Assembly (NCBI GenBank): GCA_963668025.2
Contig: CAXXTH010000024.1
Coordinates: 1 to 41,585 of the forward strand
Length of the DNA stretch: 41,585 nt
Source: Candidatus Hydrogenedentota bacterium
GTDB taxonomy: Bacteria; Hydrogenedentota; Hydrogenedentia; Hydrogenedentales; SLHB01
Direction: 5' to 3'
Shown here: in pieces, positions 18,214-28,292 of the stretch
Layout: every line of letters begins with the position of its first letter
Numbering within the stretch: the stretch's first letter is position 1
The notes under the pieces: model-generated
What the model saw: the letters and a program-made list of their open reading frames with translations, nothing else
Told to the model about the DNA's origin: nothing
Databases searched by the model: none
Translations under genes and position numbers: made by a program

Positions 18214-19381
18214 GTGTATTGATTTATAATTAAGGCAACTTATTTGGTTTGAGAGGTATTCATCTTGTAGCGGAGGATGAATACGATGAAAGTCGCATGT
18301 GAAATCGTGTTGGACGAACAGGAACGTTCTACGCTCGAAAAGTGGTCGAAAGGCCGTATGACGCCGGTACGCGTGGTACTGCGCGCAAAGATTGTGCTGT
18401 TGGCGGCTTCGGGCATGGAGAACAAAGGCATTGCGGCAGCGCTTGGTATCGGACGCGATACGGTGGGACAGTGGCGGCGCCGGTTCTCTGAGTGCCGTTT
18501 GGCGGGGATCGTTAAGGACGCTCCCCGCGGCGGTCGCAAGCCCACGCGTCGGGAAGAGGTGACCCGGCTCATCGTAGAGCGCACAACGCAGGCCAAGCCT
18601 GCAAACGCCACTCATTGGAGTACCCGGACGCTGGGCAAGGAGTTGGGGGTGAGTCCGTCGATGGTTCAGCGTGTGTGGCAGGCCAATGGGTTGAAGCCGC
18701 ACCGCGTCAAGACCTTCAAGGTGAGCAATGACAAGCAATTCGTGGAGAAGATGCAAGACATTGTTGGCCTGTATCTCAACCCCCCTGAACATGCGCTGGT
18801 GTTGTGCGCAGACGAGAAGAGCCAGATTCAGGCCCTGGACCGGACCCAACCCGGATTGCCCATCAAGAAAGGGCGCTGCGGCACGATGACCCATGATTAC
18901 AAGCGCAACGGCACGACGACCCTTTTTGCCGCGCTCGAACTGGCCGAAGGCCGTCTCATCGGCTCGTGCATGCAACGGCATCGCCATCAGGAATGGATCA
19001 CGTTTCTTAAGCAGATTGATGCGGAAACGCCTGAGGGACTCCATCTGCACCTGATTGTCGATAATTACGCCACGCACAAACATCCCAAGGTCACCGCTTG
19101 GCTTAAGCGGCATCCCCGGTTCCATATCCATTTCACGCCGACGAGCAGTTCGTGGCTCAACCTGGTGGAACGCTGGTTCCGAGAGATCACAGACAAGCGC
19201 ATTCGGCGCGGCGTCTTCAAATCCGTCAAGGACCTCGTTCAAGCGATCATGGACTACATTCAACAGCATAACGCCGACCCCAAAACATTCGTCTGGCACG
19301 CAAAAGCCGAGGACATTCTTGCCAAAGTCCGCCGGGCAAGAGCACGGCTGGATAAGATGGCAACAGCATGAATCAATACAC
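18214..19381 (+). mobile_element. IS630-family IS
   Basis: Inverted ends CTAGTGTATTGATT (18211-18224) / AATCAATACACTAG (19371-19384); TA duplication in a CTAG target. Confidence 0.92.
18286..19371 (+). CDS. IS630-family transposase
   Basis: [49 protein letters not shown]. Confidence 0.95.
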   Translation: MKVACEIVLDEQERSTLEKWSKGRMTPVRVVLRAKIVLLAASGMENKGIAAALGIGRDTVGQWRRRFSECRLAGIVKDAPRGGRKPTRREEVTRLIVERTTQAKPANATHWSTRTLGKELGVSPSMVQRVWQANGLKPHRVKTFKVSNDKQFVEKMQDIVGLYLNPPEHALVLCADEKSQIQALDRTQPGLPIKKGRCGTMTHDYKRNGTTTLFAALELAEGRLIGSCMQRHRHQEWITFLKQIDAETPEGLHLHLIVDNYATHKHPKVTAWLKRHPRFHIHFTPTSSSWLNLVERWFREITDKRIRRGVFKSVKDLVQAIMDYIQQHNADPKTFVWHAKAEDILAKVRRARARLDKMATA

Positions 19382-19685
19382 TAGAGGCTATGGAAAAAGG
19401 GCTTGAGGCGCAGCTTCGGGCGGTGCGCCGTCTGCGTAGGGGGGAAGAATCCAGGGAGGAGCCACGACCCAGAACAAGTATGTCGCAAGTAGATATGGCA
19501 TATGACATACTCTTGAGGGCCGCTCATCCCCTTCATGTCAATGAGATCCTGAGTCGCATTCATGCGGTCTTCGGCATTACGGTGGACCGGGAAAGCCTGG
19601 TGTCTTCCCTCACCAAAAAGGTGGCTCGGGAAGACCGCTTTGTCCGCGCGGACAAGAACACCTTCGGACTCAAAGGAGGCAAGCG

Positions 19686-21065
19686 ATGAGTCTTTTACAC
19701 GAATGGCTCAACGTTACCGAGCGCTGGCGCGATGCTTTTGCCCAAGAGCGCACCACCGTGCGTGCGGTGCGGCAGGGACTTGGGTCACTGGTCTGTTTGG
19801 GGCGGCGCACAATCACGCGGACCCTTTGGGCCTGTGGTCGCGAGAATCTGCCGTGGCAGGCTGAATACCACATGTACGGCCGCGCCAAGTGGGACCCCCA
19901 GCAGCTCTTCGACCCTATTTGGGAAGGAGCCCTGCCCCAGTGTGAAGACCCGCTTGTAGGCGTCGCCGTCGATGATACCAAGCTGCACAAGACCGGCCGG
20001 TGCATTGTCCAGGCTTTTCATCAGCGCGACCCCCTGTCCCCGCCGTTCCACACCAATCTCATTCTGGGCCTGCGTTTCCTGCAGGCCTCCCTTCTCGTAC
20101 CGCTTCACCAAGGCGGCGCCTTTAGTTGCCGCGCCTTGCCCGTGCGTTTCGAGGAGCCTTCCCCCGCCAAGAAGCCTGGCAAGCGCGCAAGCGAGGAGGA
20201 GTGGATGGCGTACAAGCAGCGCCGTAAAGAGAAGAACCTTTCAACCCATTGCGTGGCGATGATGGACTCCTTGCGCGCATCCCTCGACGCCGTCGGCGCC
20301 AGGGAGAAAACCTTGGTCATGGCCCTCGACGGCAGCTTTTGCAACCAGACCGTCTTCGGCGCTGAACGCGACCGCACCCACCTCATCGCCCGTGCCCGCA
20401 AGGACGCAGTCCTATGCTTTGGCGCTCCAGAGGGTTCGCGGCGTTTCTATGCCCAAGAAAAATTCACCCCCGAGCAAGTACGCCAGGACGATAGCATCCC
20501 CTGGAAGACTACGAAGCTATTCTACGGCGGCAAACGCCGCAAGGTCCGCTACAAGGAAATCAAGACCCTCTACTGGCAAGGCGGCGCGCGCCGTCTTCCC
20601 CTCCGCCTTTTCGCTATCGCTCCCACCCCCTACCGCAAGCGGAAAAGCAGTAAGCTTTATTACCGGCAACCAGCCTACCTTCTTTGTACCGACAGGGTTC
20701 ACGCCGCACAGAGGCTGCTCCAGATCTACTTCGACCGCTGGCAGATTGAAGTCAACCATCGCGAGGAAAAGGACACCTTGGGCGTCGGACAAGCTCAGCT
20801 CTGGAACCCCAATGCCGTACCCAAGCAGCCCCCGCTTGCCATCGCCGCCTACAGCGCATTGCTACTGGCCGCCATAAAAACCTTTGGCCCCGAACGAAAT
20901 AGTGCATACGCCCCGCTGCCACGGTGGCGAAAACACGCCACACGCCCATCGTGCCTCGCTCTCATCACTCTATTGAGAAAAGAGATGGACGAACAGCCCC
21001 ATTTGCTCCGTCCACTCGGCATAGAAACCTCCAGAGCAACAATGGCAAGCGCCGCGGCTGCTTGA
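19686..21065 (+). CDS. IS701-like (DDE_5) transposase
   Basis: VAVDDTKLHKTG, ALDGSF, Y..RWQIEVNHREEK..LG. Confidence 0.85.
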   Translation: MSLLHEWLNVTERWRDAFAQERTTVRAVRQGLGSLVCLGRRTITRTLWACGRENLPWQAEYHMYGRAKWDPQQLFDPIWEGALPQCEDPLVGVAVDDTKLHKTGRCIVQAFHQRDPLSPPFHTNLILGLRFLQASLLVPLHQGGAFSCRALPVRFEEPSPAKKPGKRASEEEWMAYKQRRKEKNLSTHCVAMMDSLRASLDAVGAREKTLVMALDGSFCNQTVFGAERDRTHLIARARKDAVLCFGAPEGSRRFYAQEKFTPEQVRQDDSIPWKTTKLFYGGKRRKVRYKEIKTLYWQGGARRLPLRLFAIAPTPYRKRKSSKLYYRQPAYLLCTDRVHAAQRLLQIYFDRWQIEVNHREEKDTLGVGQAQLWNPNAVPKQPPLAIAAYSALLLAAIKTFGPERNSAYAPLPRWRKHATRPSCLALITLLRKEMDEQPHLLRPLGIETSRATMASAAAA

Positions 21066-21074
21066 TAATGGAGA

Positions 21075-22085
21075 TAGGGCTATCCGCTTGACTCAAGCGA
21101 ACACCACATGTTGTTGTCTGAGTCACCTTTTCCCTCCTCGAATGTCGTCGCCTGTCACGGGGCCGACCTGCGCGGCCTGTTGCATCAGCCGATAGAACAG
21201 CTTTCCCCGCGAACGCGACGTTCGACTGTTGAAACGGAAAGTGAACTCGTCCAGGTAGTAGTCAAGATGAGATGGGCGAACTGCTCCTTGGTGTGTGCCG
21301 CCAAGCCATCGTTTCAACAAGGACGCCACGCGATGGGCCAACGGTAACAGGTTGTCGCCGACTTCAGCCAGGGGCCGCACTTTTTCATGCACGTATCCCT
21401 TGCTGCTCACAGTAGCATACCCCGTCCATCCATCCGTATTCACAACGCTTCCCGGTTCGATCATTTCCTGCATAGCAAAGCCTAGACTGGCAGCGGAAGC
21501 ATCGGGAACCCGGAAAAGCCGAATACGGCCCACATGCCTGCCTTCATCCTCCACCGCAATCACCACCAACGTTTTTCCCGCCGCCCCTCGTCCGCGTTTG
21601 CCCGGCCGCTCACCGCCAATGTATGTTTCGTCCACTTGCACTGTACCGGAGAGCCGGTCGCGGCCAGGACGAACCATGGCTGTTCGCAGCTTATGCAACC
21701 ATATCCAAGTCGTCTCGTACCGCGAAAGCCCCAATACACGTTGTAGACCAAGCGCGCTCACTCCCTGTTTCTGGCTGACCACGTACCACATGGCCCGAAA
21801 CCAAAGCCGCAAGGGCTTCCGGGTATCCTGAAAGATGGTTCCAGCAGTAACTGACGTCTCATATCCGCAGGCTTTGCAGTGCCACAAGCCCCTCTCGGTA
21901 GTCCACGCACCGGGGTGCTCGCACCTCGGGCAACGAAACCCGTCCGGCCAGCGGACCTCGGCCAAATACTGGCGGCAGGCAACCTCCGTCGCAAAGCGAT
22001 CCTCGAACTCCAGGACTGTCTCCGGGTAATTCTCCATGCCCAGATACTACATGTTGTGCCCACTTGACTCAAGCGGATAGCCCCA
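21075..22085 (-). mobile_element. IS1595-family IS (1011 bp)
   Basis: 25-bp TIRs TAGGGCTATCCGCTTGACTCAAGCG vs TGGGGCTATCCGCTTGAGTCAAGTG; 8-bp TSD AATGGAGA at 21067-21074 and 22086-22093. Confidence 0.92.
21123..22037 (-). CDS. IS1595-family transposase
   Basis: Zn ribbon CPRC...CKAC, SVTAGTIF, VQVDETYIGG, TDG, YLDEFTFRFN. Confidence 0.95.
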   Translation of the reverse strand: MENYPETVLEFEDRFATEVACRQYLAEVRWPDGFRCPRCEHPGAWTTERGLWHCKACGYETSVTAGTIFQDTRKPLRLWFRAMWYVVSQKQGVSALGLQRVLGLSRYETTWIWLHKLRTAMVRPGRDRLSGTVQVDETYIGGERPGKRGRGAAGKTLVVIAVEDEGRHVGRIRLFRVPDASAASLGFAMQEMIEPGSVVNTDGWTGYATVSSKGYVHEKVRPLAEVGDNLLPLAHRVASLLKRWLGGTHQGAVRPSHLDYYLDEFTFRFNSRTSRSRGKLFYRLMQQAAQVGPVTGDDIRGGKR

Positions 22086-22101
22086 AATGGAGAAACTCCA
22101 G

Positions 22102-22753
22102 AGCATGGCCTTTGGACGTGGTCATAGGGCCTGTGGCTCAGCCTGTTTGAGCCCATCGGCATCCCCTACACTCGTGTTGTTCCGCAACACCAAGGAAGGA
22201 GATGCCAATGAGTCGTTTCCGCAAATTATCACATGCGATATGGTATTGCCAATATCACATGGTATGGGTGCCCAAATACCGCTACCGGGTTTTGACGGGA
22301 CCGGTGGGCAAGGAGGTCTACACCTGTATCCAAATGTTCTGTGGGCAGCAAGGATGCGAGGTGCTCGAATTGAATGTACAGCCCGAGCACGTGCATTTGC
22401 TTGTGATGGTTCCGCCAAAGGTGTCGATATCGGATCTGGCGGGCATTTTGAAGGGGCGTACGGCGATCCGGATATTCAAGCAGTTTCCGCATTTGAAAAA
22501 GAAGCCCTATTGGGGCAATCATTTCTGGGCACCTGGATATTGCGTGGATACCGTGGGGCTTAACGAAGAAATGATCCGCAAGTACGTGAAGTTCCAGGAA
22601 GAAGCGGAACGTCACGATGAACAGCTAAAATTGAAGTACTAAACCAAGCGGTGTTGCGGAACACAACCCACGCTTGCATCCTTTGGGTGCAAGCACTCAG
22701 CCACTCTCTGAGTGGCCAAAGCAAAGCCACGTCCTCTGGGCGTGGTTTTTTAC
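22102..22753 (+). mobile_element. IS200-type element (tnpA only, no tnpB); left end probably clipped by the IS701-like element
   Basis: Imperfect left hairpin CATGGCC-TTT-GGACGTG just after 22101; right hairpin AAAGCCACGTCC-TCT-GGGCGTGGTTTT ending TTAC at 22753. Confidence 0.8.
22208..22642 (+). CDS. tnpA: IS200/IS605 Y1 (HUH) transposase
   Basis: YHMVWVPKYR, EHVHLL (HUH), LKG, FWAPGY, YVKFQ; GGAAGGAG RBS. Confidence 0.95.
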   Translation: MSRFRKLSHAIWYCQYHMVWVPKYRYRVLTGPVGKEVYTCIQMFCGQQGCEVLELNVQPEHVHLLVMVPPKVSISDLAGILKGRTAIRIFKQFPHLKKKPYWGNHFWAPGYCVDTVGLNEEMIRKYVKFQEEAERHDEQLKLKY

Positions 22754-22968
22754 TGTATTTAGTGTATTTCGTGGTTTAAAATTCGGATCTGTGGTGAAGA
22801 TTCCGGATCGTTCACCACTGGGGCATAGTGCGCCCAAGAGAAGAGGACGGATATTCTCGATTTGCAGGTAATAGTTTTCGGCGGCAAGCTTTAGAGCAGC
22901 CCAAGTTGGCCTGGGCATGCCTTCCACTTGCCGCCGGGAGCATATCGTGTTTCGGCGGATGGTAGTAT

Positions 22969-23862
22969 TCAGTTCACCGCCCGTTTTCGTGCCGGTGATT
23001 CCGCTGATGCCGATTTGGCTTCGGAGTCCAGATAGGTATCAATCCGGGCAAGCCAGGAGGTGGTTAGCCGCAAATTGAGCGTATCGTTGCGTTTGGACTT
23101 TTTAGGCGTCACTTGCAGATCCGACTGTGCTTCGGTGGTCAGCGTGCGGAACATATTGCGTGAAGAGAGATCAACTTCTTTGGTGTTCGGGCCAGGGCGT
23201 AGGCTGCGCGTGAAATGGCTGGGGCGCACGCTGCCCGCTGTTTTGGCTTCGTTGGGATCAACGCCATATTCATACAGCACCGCAGGGCCATACACGCCGG
23301 TTCCCACATCCACTTCCTGGAAGTACAGGTCGGTCCCGCTTTGATAGTCCAGCAGGGCATCCATCCAGTCCAGCGGCAGGCCTTGCTCGTAATCATTCGC
23401 CCCGAAGACGCGCCCCTCGGTGAATCCATCATTATACCCATCGGTCCAGCCGCCGTTGCCCAGCTCGGTATGCTGGTCGGTGTCTAGAAAGTCCAGGTAA
23501 TCGGGCCAGTAGGCGTTGTCGTAGCCTTCACTGAAGCCGAGCACGAAGGCATATGTGTAATCCACAAAGTATCCGTCATTGTAGGCATACCATTTGCCGT
23601 CGTAATAGCCCGCGTCATACGGGGGCGATGTCACGTACGGGATGCCGCTCACATCATAATAAATGGGCGTGCTGGATAGTGTGTCGTAGCCAGCGTAATA
23701 GCCGTCCCAATACAACGAATCCTTCGCGAATCCGTCTTCAAAACCTTCCTCGTAGGTGGTGGGATAATCGGGAGTGGAAGGACATCCCACCACGAATATG
23801 GAGGCGGCCGCCATGGCCGCAATGGCCAATGGGAATAGGCGTTTCGATTTCGTGGCGTTCAT
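22969..23862 (-). CDS. Lipoprotein with repeated aromatic-Gly-Asp (YxxG(F/Y)xDG(F/Y)-like) motifs
   Basis: Lipobox FVVG-C; repeats YEEGFEDGF, YWDGYYAGY, YDAGYYDG, FSEGYDNAY, WTDGYNDGFTEG. Confidence 0.75.
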   Translation of the reverse strand: MNATKSKRLFPLAIAAMAAASIFVVGCPSTPDYPTTYEEGFEDGFAKDSLYWDGYYAGYDTLSSTPIYYDVSGIPYVTSPPYDAGYYDGKWYAYNDGYFVDYTYAFVLGFSEGYDNAYWPDYLDFLDTDQHTELGNGGWTDGYNDGFTEGRVFGANDYEQGLPLDWMDALLDYQSGTDLYFQEVDVGTGVYGPAVLYEYGVDPNEAKTAGSVRPSHFTRSLRPGPNTKEVDLSSRNMFRTLTTEAQSDLQVTPKKSKRNDTLNLRLTTSWLARIDTYLDSEAKSASAESPARKRAVN

Positions 23863-23907
23863 CTCATTCTCCTGTTCTAGCGTCCATGCAGGACACTGGA
23901 TTCGTTA

Positions 23908-26220
23908 TCATCTGTTCCCGCGCATACGCCTTGTCGATGAATTGCTGGCAGCATCATCGCTTTGATTTTCGCGGCTTCTGGTGATGCTATTTTCTCTATT
24001 GCTCTGGATCGTAGGGGCGCTGATGTTTTGCCGAGGCTGCACGATTTCCGGCGCAGCATTAATCTGTTGCCGTTCATTTCTGATCTCCGGCTGCGTAATG
24101 GTTACCGGAGATTCCACCTGGGGCGAACGTGACCGAGTTTGCCTTACGGGCGCATTCGATACCTCAGGAATATTTCTCTGCACCGGTGGCGCTGTATAGG
24201 TGTTGACCGGCTGGCGTTGCACTGGATTGGCTTGTTCCACCACCGGCGTTGTTTGCCTGCGCTGAACGGAAGGCTGTGTCACTTGCCGGTTGTTTGTACG
24301 CACCGTCGGCGTGGGTGTCACGGTTTGTTGCGGCCTGTTGATTCCCTCGGAAGGGCTCATAGGCGTCCGGGGAACAGTCATTCTGCGCTCCGATGCGGCT
24401 GCTGCGCCAGATGAACTATTGCCGCGCGTGTTCGCGGAGCCTGTATTGCGGTCCATACGCGTCGTGTTTGGCGCGGTGCGGTCCGGCGTCACGGACGGTT
24501 GCGTCTCGCGGCTGGCGCGTCCTTGATTGGCCGTGCTGGCTCCTGCTGCTCCGCGTGTATGGTTCCGCTCAGCAGGCGAGATTTCCTGGCCGGGCGTTGA
24601 AATGGGGCGTGACGAGACACCCGAACCGCTGGAATCCGTGGAGGGAGTGCGCCGTGTAGACGCGGTTTCCGGCCTATCTTGTGGGCTGGGCTGGTTGACA
24701 GCCCGCTCCAGACGCCTGTTCGTGGCGGATGCGCCGCCTTCTTGGGAGAATGCAGCAGGATTCGAGCGGCGCACACGCTCTATCGAGGCATGGGTGCTTC
24801 GGGCGGTTTCCGCATCGATAGACGCAGTGCGCGGCTGCGCTTGGCGTATGTCCCGGCCTACGGGGGTGCGGGTTCCGCTCCCGACGCCAATAGGTTCGCT
24901 TCGGTTCTGGCGCACGGGCGCTTCCCGTTCGAGCGTGACCGCGCGATCCCGCGCCGCCACTTTGAGGCCGTCTAAGGTTTCAGGCCCGCGAATTGCCCGG
25001 CGCGGCGAATAATCGCGCGTAAGCGGAATGTCGCGGTCAAAAGGCGGCCTGTAATGCGGTTTTCCATGCCCTTCGATATCCCAGATGTAGACATTTTCCG
25101 CGATGATAATGTTGTTCACGATTTGCGGCGTGCAAGGCATCCCGGGGCAAGGCCCTAAATATAACCTATCGACGGGGCAATAGCTCGATGTGCCGACGCT
25201 GAAGACCACGCCGCCGACTACGAAAGTGGCGGAACCGTACGTGCAGGGCCTGTCGTAAATATCCATGGGGCACCAAACGTAATTCGAGCCGATCTGCATG
25301 GTGGAGCACCATGCAGGACCCCATTCGTCGCGATAGGTCCACACCCATCCGTACGAATCGGCATAGCGCCACCGGCCATAATGGGAAGTGACATAACAGA
25401 AAGGATAGTCGCCCACCCATACATAGCCGCACCCGGGAACATTGCTCCAGTGCCCCGTGCGGTAAGGCACATAATCCACAATTACCGTGGGCCGCCAATA
25501 CGGCGCACTGTCGATGTAGACCCATTCGCCGTATGCCGATAAATCAGCCGTGCCCATCGGGGCAGATTTGATGGGCGTTTCCGAAGGTATAGCGTTTTCG
25601 CCCAGCGCGATGAGCCGAGTGCGTTCGCGGTTCCACGTATCGAAACTATCTTCTTCCGTACGGTCAAAATACACGGGCTTGGAAGGCAGCATGCCCGGGT
25701 CCACGAATATCCGGTTTCCTTCTCCAATAGAGGCCGTAGCCGCAGCGCTTCCCGAGGCGATATCCGCATTGCCCCAATGCACCGATACCGTGGTGGCACC
25801 GTCGCTCGTAATGTCTACGCGCACCATGCTATCGGGCTGTATGGCGATGGAACATGCGGGCGTGTCCAGCGTAAAAACGCCCGGACTGCGCCGGATACGC
25901 TGGATATAGAACGAACCCGTCCAGCCGCGCACTTGCCCGGCTGGCGGCAGTTGGGCGATTTCCGCCTTGCTTCCATCCGCCAGCCGCAGAAACACGCCAG
26001 CGGGCATTTCGAGTTCCATGACGCCCTTTTTATCCGCCCAAATCGTGTCGCCAGGCAGAATGAGCGTATTGACTGTTGCGTAACTCCAATCATCATCCAC
26101 CTTTCCGCGCACCAGCGAACCTCCGCTGTCGATGCTGACGCGCGCATGCAGCGGTTCTTGTGCAAACGCAATCGTGGCGGCCAAGAGCAATCCTGCCGTG
26201 ATACCCATTAACCTCTTCAT
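23908..26220 (-). CDS. Secreted FecR-domain / DUF6600-like protein with a long disordered R/S/P/Q-rich tail
   Basis: Signal peptide; FecR-like N-terminus (GDTIW...LRL..GS); DL..YG.W....W.P....PY..GHW...W....P......HYGRW motif. Confidence 0.78.
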   Translation of the reverse strand: MKRLMGITAGLLLAATIAFAQEPLHARVSIDSGGSLVRGKVDDDWSYATVNTLILPGDTIWADKKGVMELEMPAGVFLRLADGSKAEIAQLPPAGQVRGWTGSFYIQRIRRSPGVFTLDTPACSIAIQPDSMVRVDITSDGATTVSVHWGNADIASGSAAATASIGEGNRIFVDPGMLPSKPVYFDRTEEDSFDTWNRERTRLIALGENAIPSETPIKSAPMGTADLSAYGEWVYIDSAPYWRPTVIVDYVPYRTGHWSNVPGCGYVWVGDYPFCYVTSHYGRWRYADSYGWVWTYRDEWGPAWCSTMQIGSNYVWCPMDIYDRPCTYGSATFVVGGVVFSVGTSSYCPVDRLYLGPCPGMPCTPQIVNNIIIAENVYIWDIEGHGKPHYRPPFDRDIPLTRDYSPRRAIRGPETLDGLKVAARDRAVTLEREAPVRQNRSEPIGVGSGTRTPVGRDIRQAQPRTASIDAETARSTHASIERVRRSNPAAFSQEGGASATNRRLERAVNQPSPQDRPETASTRRTPSTDSSGSGVSSRPISTPGQEISPAERNHTRGAAGASTANQGRASRETQPSVTPDRTAPNTTRMDRNTGSANTRGNSSSGAAAASERRMTVPRTPMSPSEGINRPQQTVTPTPTVRTNNRQVTQPSVQRRQTTPVVEQANPVQRQPVNTYTAPPVQRNIPEVSNAPVRQTRSRSPQVESPVTITQPEIRNERQQINAAPEIVQPRQNISAPTIQSNRENSITRSRENQSDDAASNSSTRRMRGNR

Positions 26221-26302
26221 GGCTGTTTCCTCATAGCGCCTTATGCACGGCGCTGTTTACTTTTTGTTTATACCATCATAGACGAGATTCATGACGGGGC
26301 AT

Positions 26303-28075
26303 TCAAACCTGCGGCGTTAATAATTGCCGCTGCAGGATTCGCAGTTCCGTGAAGGTTTCTCCTTGGAGGACAGCGGCGTATTGATGCAGATGCGCCAAGG
26401 CTGGCGCCGTGATATGGGCGCGCAGCGCTTGGCAGAGGAGAGCCTGCTGCTCCGTGCGCCAAGGGGAGAGGAAATCAAACATGGCGTCGCCGAATTGGTA
26501 CTCAAACACGCGGGCCGCGAATTGCTCGACTACCGGCCCGGCAATGGCCAGCGTCGTTTCCGGCAATCCTGGCCCGGTATAGATAGCGATGGGTAGCGCG
26601 ATGGCGGCGGGCGCTACGGCGAGTATGGCATCGAGCGCCTCAACGACCCGGCGGCGGCCCCGATGATCGTCCCACCAGGCATCCAGCATGCGCCGCGCAT
26701 GCTCCCGAAACGCTTCTGAGAGGTGTTCCGAGCGCAAGGCTTGCTGGCGCACGGCCAATATGGCCGCATTGACATCGAGCCCGGCAAGGCCTTCCTGCAC
26801 AAGGTGTCCGCCCGGTTCTTGAATATTATGGGCGGACTCGATATAACTCGTGGCTAGGCTGCGCGCAAGCCGTTCTATATCAATCACTTGGGCTTTATGA
26901 AGCTCCGCATCGCCACGGGGTGTCTCCGCCCCTTCCAATTGCGTGCGGCGGTACAGCGAGCGCGACAGGGAACGTCCTACCGCCGTGACGCCCCGCACCA
27001 CGCCACGGCTGGCCGCGCCGATGACGCGGCGCACGGAGCCGCGCTTGTTTTGCACATATTCGTGGAAAAGCCCGCCCACTTCCGCGCCGGGCGCAGGTTC
27101 AAATTCATGGGCGTACCGCCGGGCGCGTTCATCGAATTCCGCGATGATGGATTCAAACCGCGCACCCATCGCTTCGACACGGTCTAAAAACTCCCCAGAG
27201 GCGTGTGCGAAGTGCCCCACGGTGCTCTGATACACGCGACGCTTGATGGCGGGCGCGTCCAGCGCATGAATATGCGCCCAGAGATCGCCCGGCGCATCCA
27301 ATCGTTGAACCACTCCATGCGGCGCATCCGCTAATGAAAAATCGTGGGGCAAGGCAAAACATGGCCCCTCGATTCCGACATCCGCGCGGAATTCTTCGAG
27401 CTGTTTCCGCGCCACGGCGAAATGCTCCCTCGGGTCCGCCTTGTTCATGAGCGACAAGACCGTGCGTCCGGAAGCATGCGCCAAACGGAAAAACGCCACA
27501 ACCCGTTCATCCCGGTATTTTTCGCCGGTAAGGACAGCAATGAGGACATCGCCCGCAGCGCGGATTTGTTCGGCCACCGCCCAGTTCTCGCGCTCGATGG
27601 AGTCAATGTCCGGCGTATCGAGCAGCGCCAGCCGGTCCGGCAATTCCGGCGCGGCCACAACATACAATGCATCCGGCGGTGCGTCTCGCCGCAAAGGCTC
27701 GTCGGCGGCATGTAATGCATGTGGGGCGAACTCGGGTACGAGCTTCCGTTCCAGACATTGCGCCGCACGCATCGGGCTGCATGCGATGACCGGCCGCCGG
27801 GTGGCCGCCGCCGTCGCGCGCACGGGGCTTATCGTTCTGCCGAGCAACAGGTTAAATACGGTTGTTTTCCCCGTATTCGTGCCTCCCGCGACGGCTACGA
27901 TGAGGCAGCCCTCGCCTGCAAGGTGCGGCACGAGCTTGTAGGAGAGCAGGTTGCTCCAGGTTTCGGAGCCGTCGAACAACGCTTGACATAGCGCCGGTTC
28001 TGATGACAGTTCGCGGCGCATCAAACGCAGTCCGGCGTCGAATCGTTCTAGTGCGTGTCCTTGTTCGATAGGCAT
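26303..28075 (-). CDS. TRAFAC GTPase (Era/dynamin-like) with a C-terminal membrane segment
   Basis: G1 GGTNTGKT, G3 DTPD, G4 NKAD; hydrophobic AILAVAPAAIALPIAIY. Confidence 0.82.
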   Translation of the reverse strand: MPIEQGHALERFDAGLRLMRRELSSEPALCQALFDGSETWSNLLSYKLVPHLAGEGCLIVAVAGGTNTGKTTVFNLLLGRTISPVRATAAATRRPVIACSPMRAAQCLERKLVPEFAPHALHAADEPLRRDAPPDALYVVAAPELPDRLALLDTPDIDSIERENWAVAEQIRAAGDVLIAVLTGEKYRDERVVAFFRLAHASGRTVLSLMNKADPREHFAVARKQLEEFRADVGIEGPCFALPHDFSLADAPHGVVQRLDAPGDLWAHIHALDAPAIKRRVYQSTVGHFAHASGEFLDRVEAMGARFESIIAEFDERARRYAHEFEPAPGAEVGGLFHEYVQNKRGSVRRVIGAASRGVVRGVTAVGRSLSRSLYRRTQLEGAETPRGDAELHKAQVIDIERLARSLATSYIESAHNIQEPGGHLVQEGLAGLDVNAAILAVRQQALRSEHLSEAFREHARRMLDAWWDDHRGRRRVVEALDAILAVAPAAIALPIAIYTGPGLPETTLAIAGPVVEQFAARVFEYQFGDAMFDFLSPWRTEQQALLCQALRAHITAPALAHLHQYAAVLQGETFTELRILQRQLLTPQV

Positions 28076-28292
28076 AAGGTTAGCTTAGTGGGAGCGCTGA
28101 TGGCCGATCAAGCTGCGCGGTGAATTGAGTCTGCCAAGTTCCTTTGCTACAGTCATGGCGGATATGCAGCGTGTAGCGATTTGCAGCGTGAAGAGGATAC
28201 TTGTGGCCATGGGCCATGAGACAAACTGTCCATGAAAAGTATTTTTGTTCATTGCGGCTTTGCCGCTCTAGATAATGAAAAGGGATCGCACG

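Larger units (their letters stand above)
18184..19689 (+). pseudogene. Small winged-HTH (HARE-HTH-like) accessory gene interrupted by IS630
   Basis: Removing IS630 restores one frame: MNDELRDTIL|EAMEKGLEAQLRAVRRL...AYDIL..A.HPLHV.EI...FVRADKNTFGL. The 3' part (19390-19689) overlaps the transposase start (ATGA). Confidence 0.8.
18009..22101 (+). mobile_element. IS701-like element (HTH gene + DDE transposase) with nested IS630 and IS1595
   Basis: TIRs CTGGAGTTTCT (18009-18019) / AGAAACTCCAG (22091-22101); no matching TSD. Confidence 0.75.

Noticed and set aside
18211-19299. 362-aa ORF antisense to IS630
   Set aside because: Shadow of the transposase; no independent evidence.
22643-22753. tnpB or IscB downstream of tnpA
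   Set aside because: Only about 110 bp remain before the right end, with no RuvC ORF.
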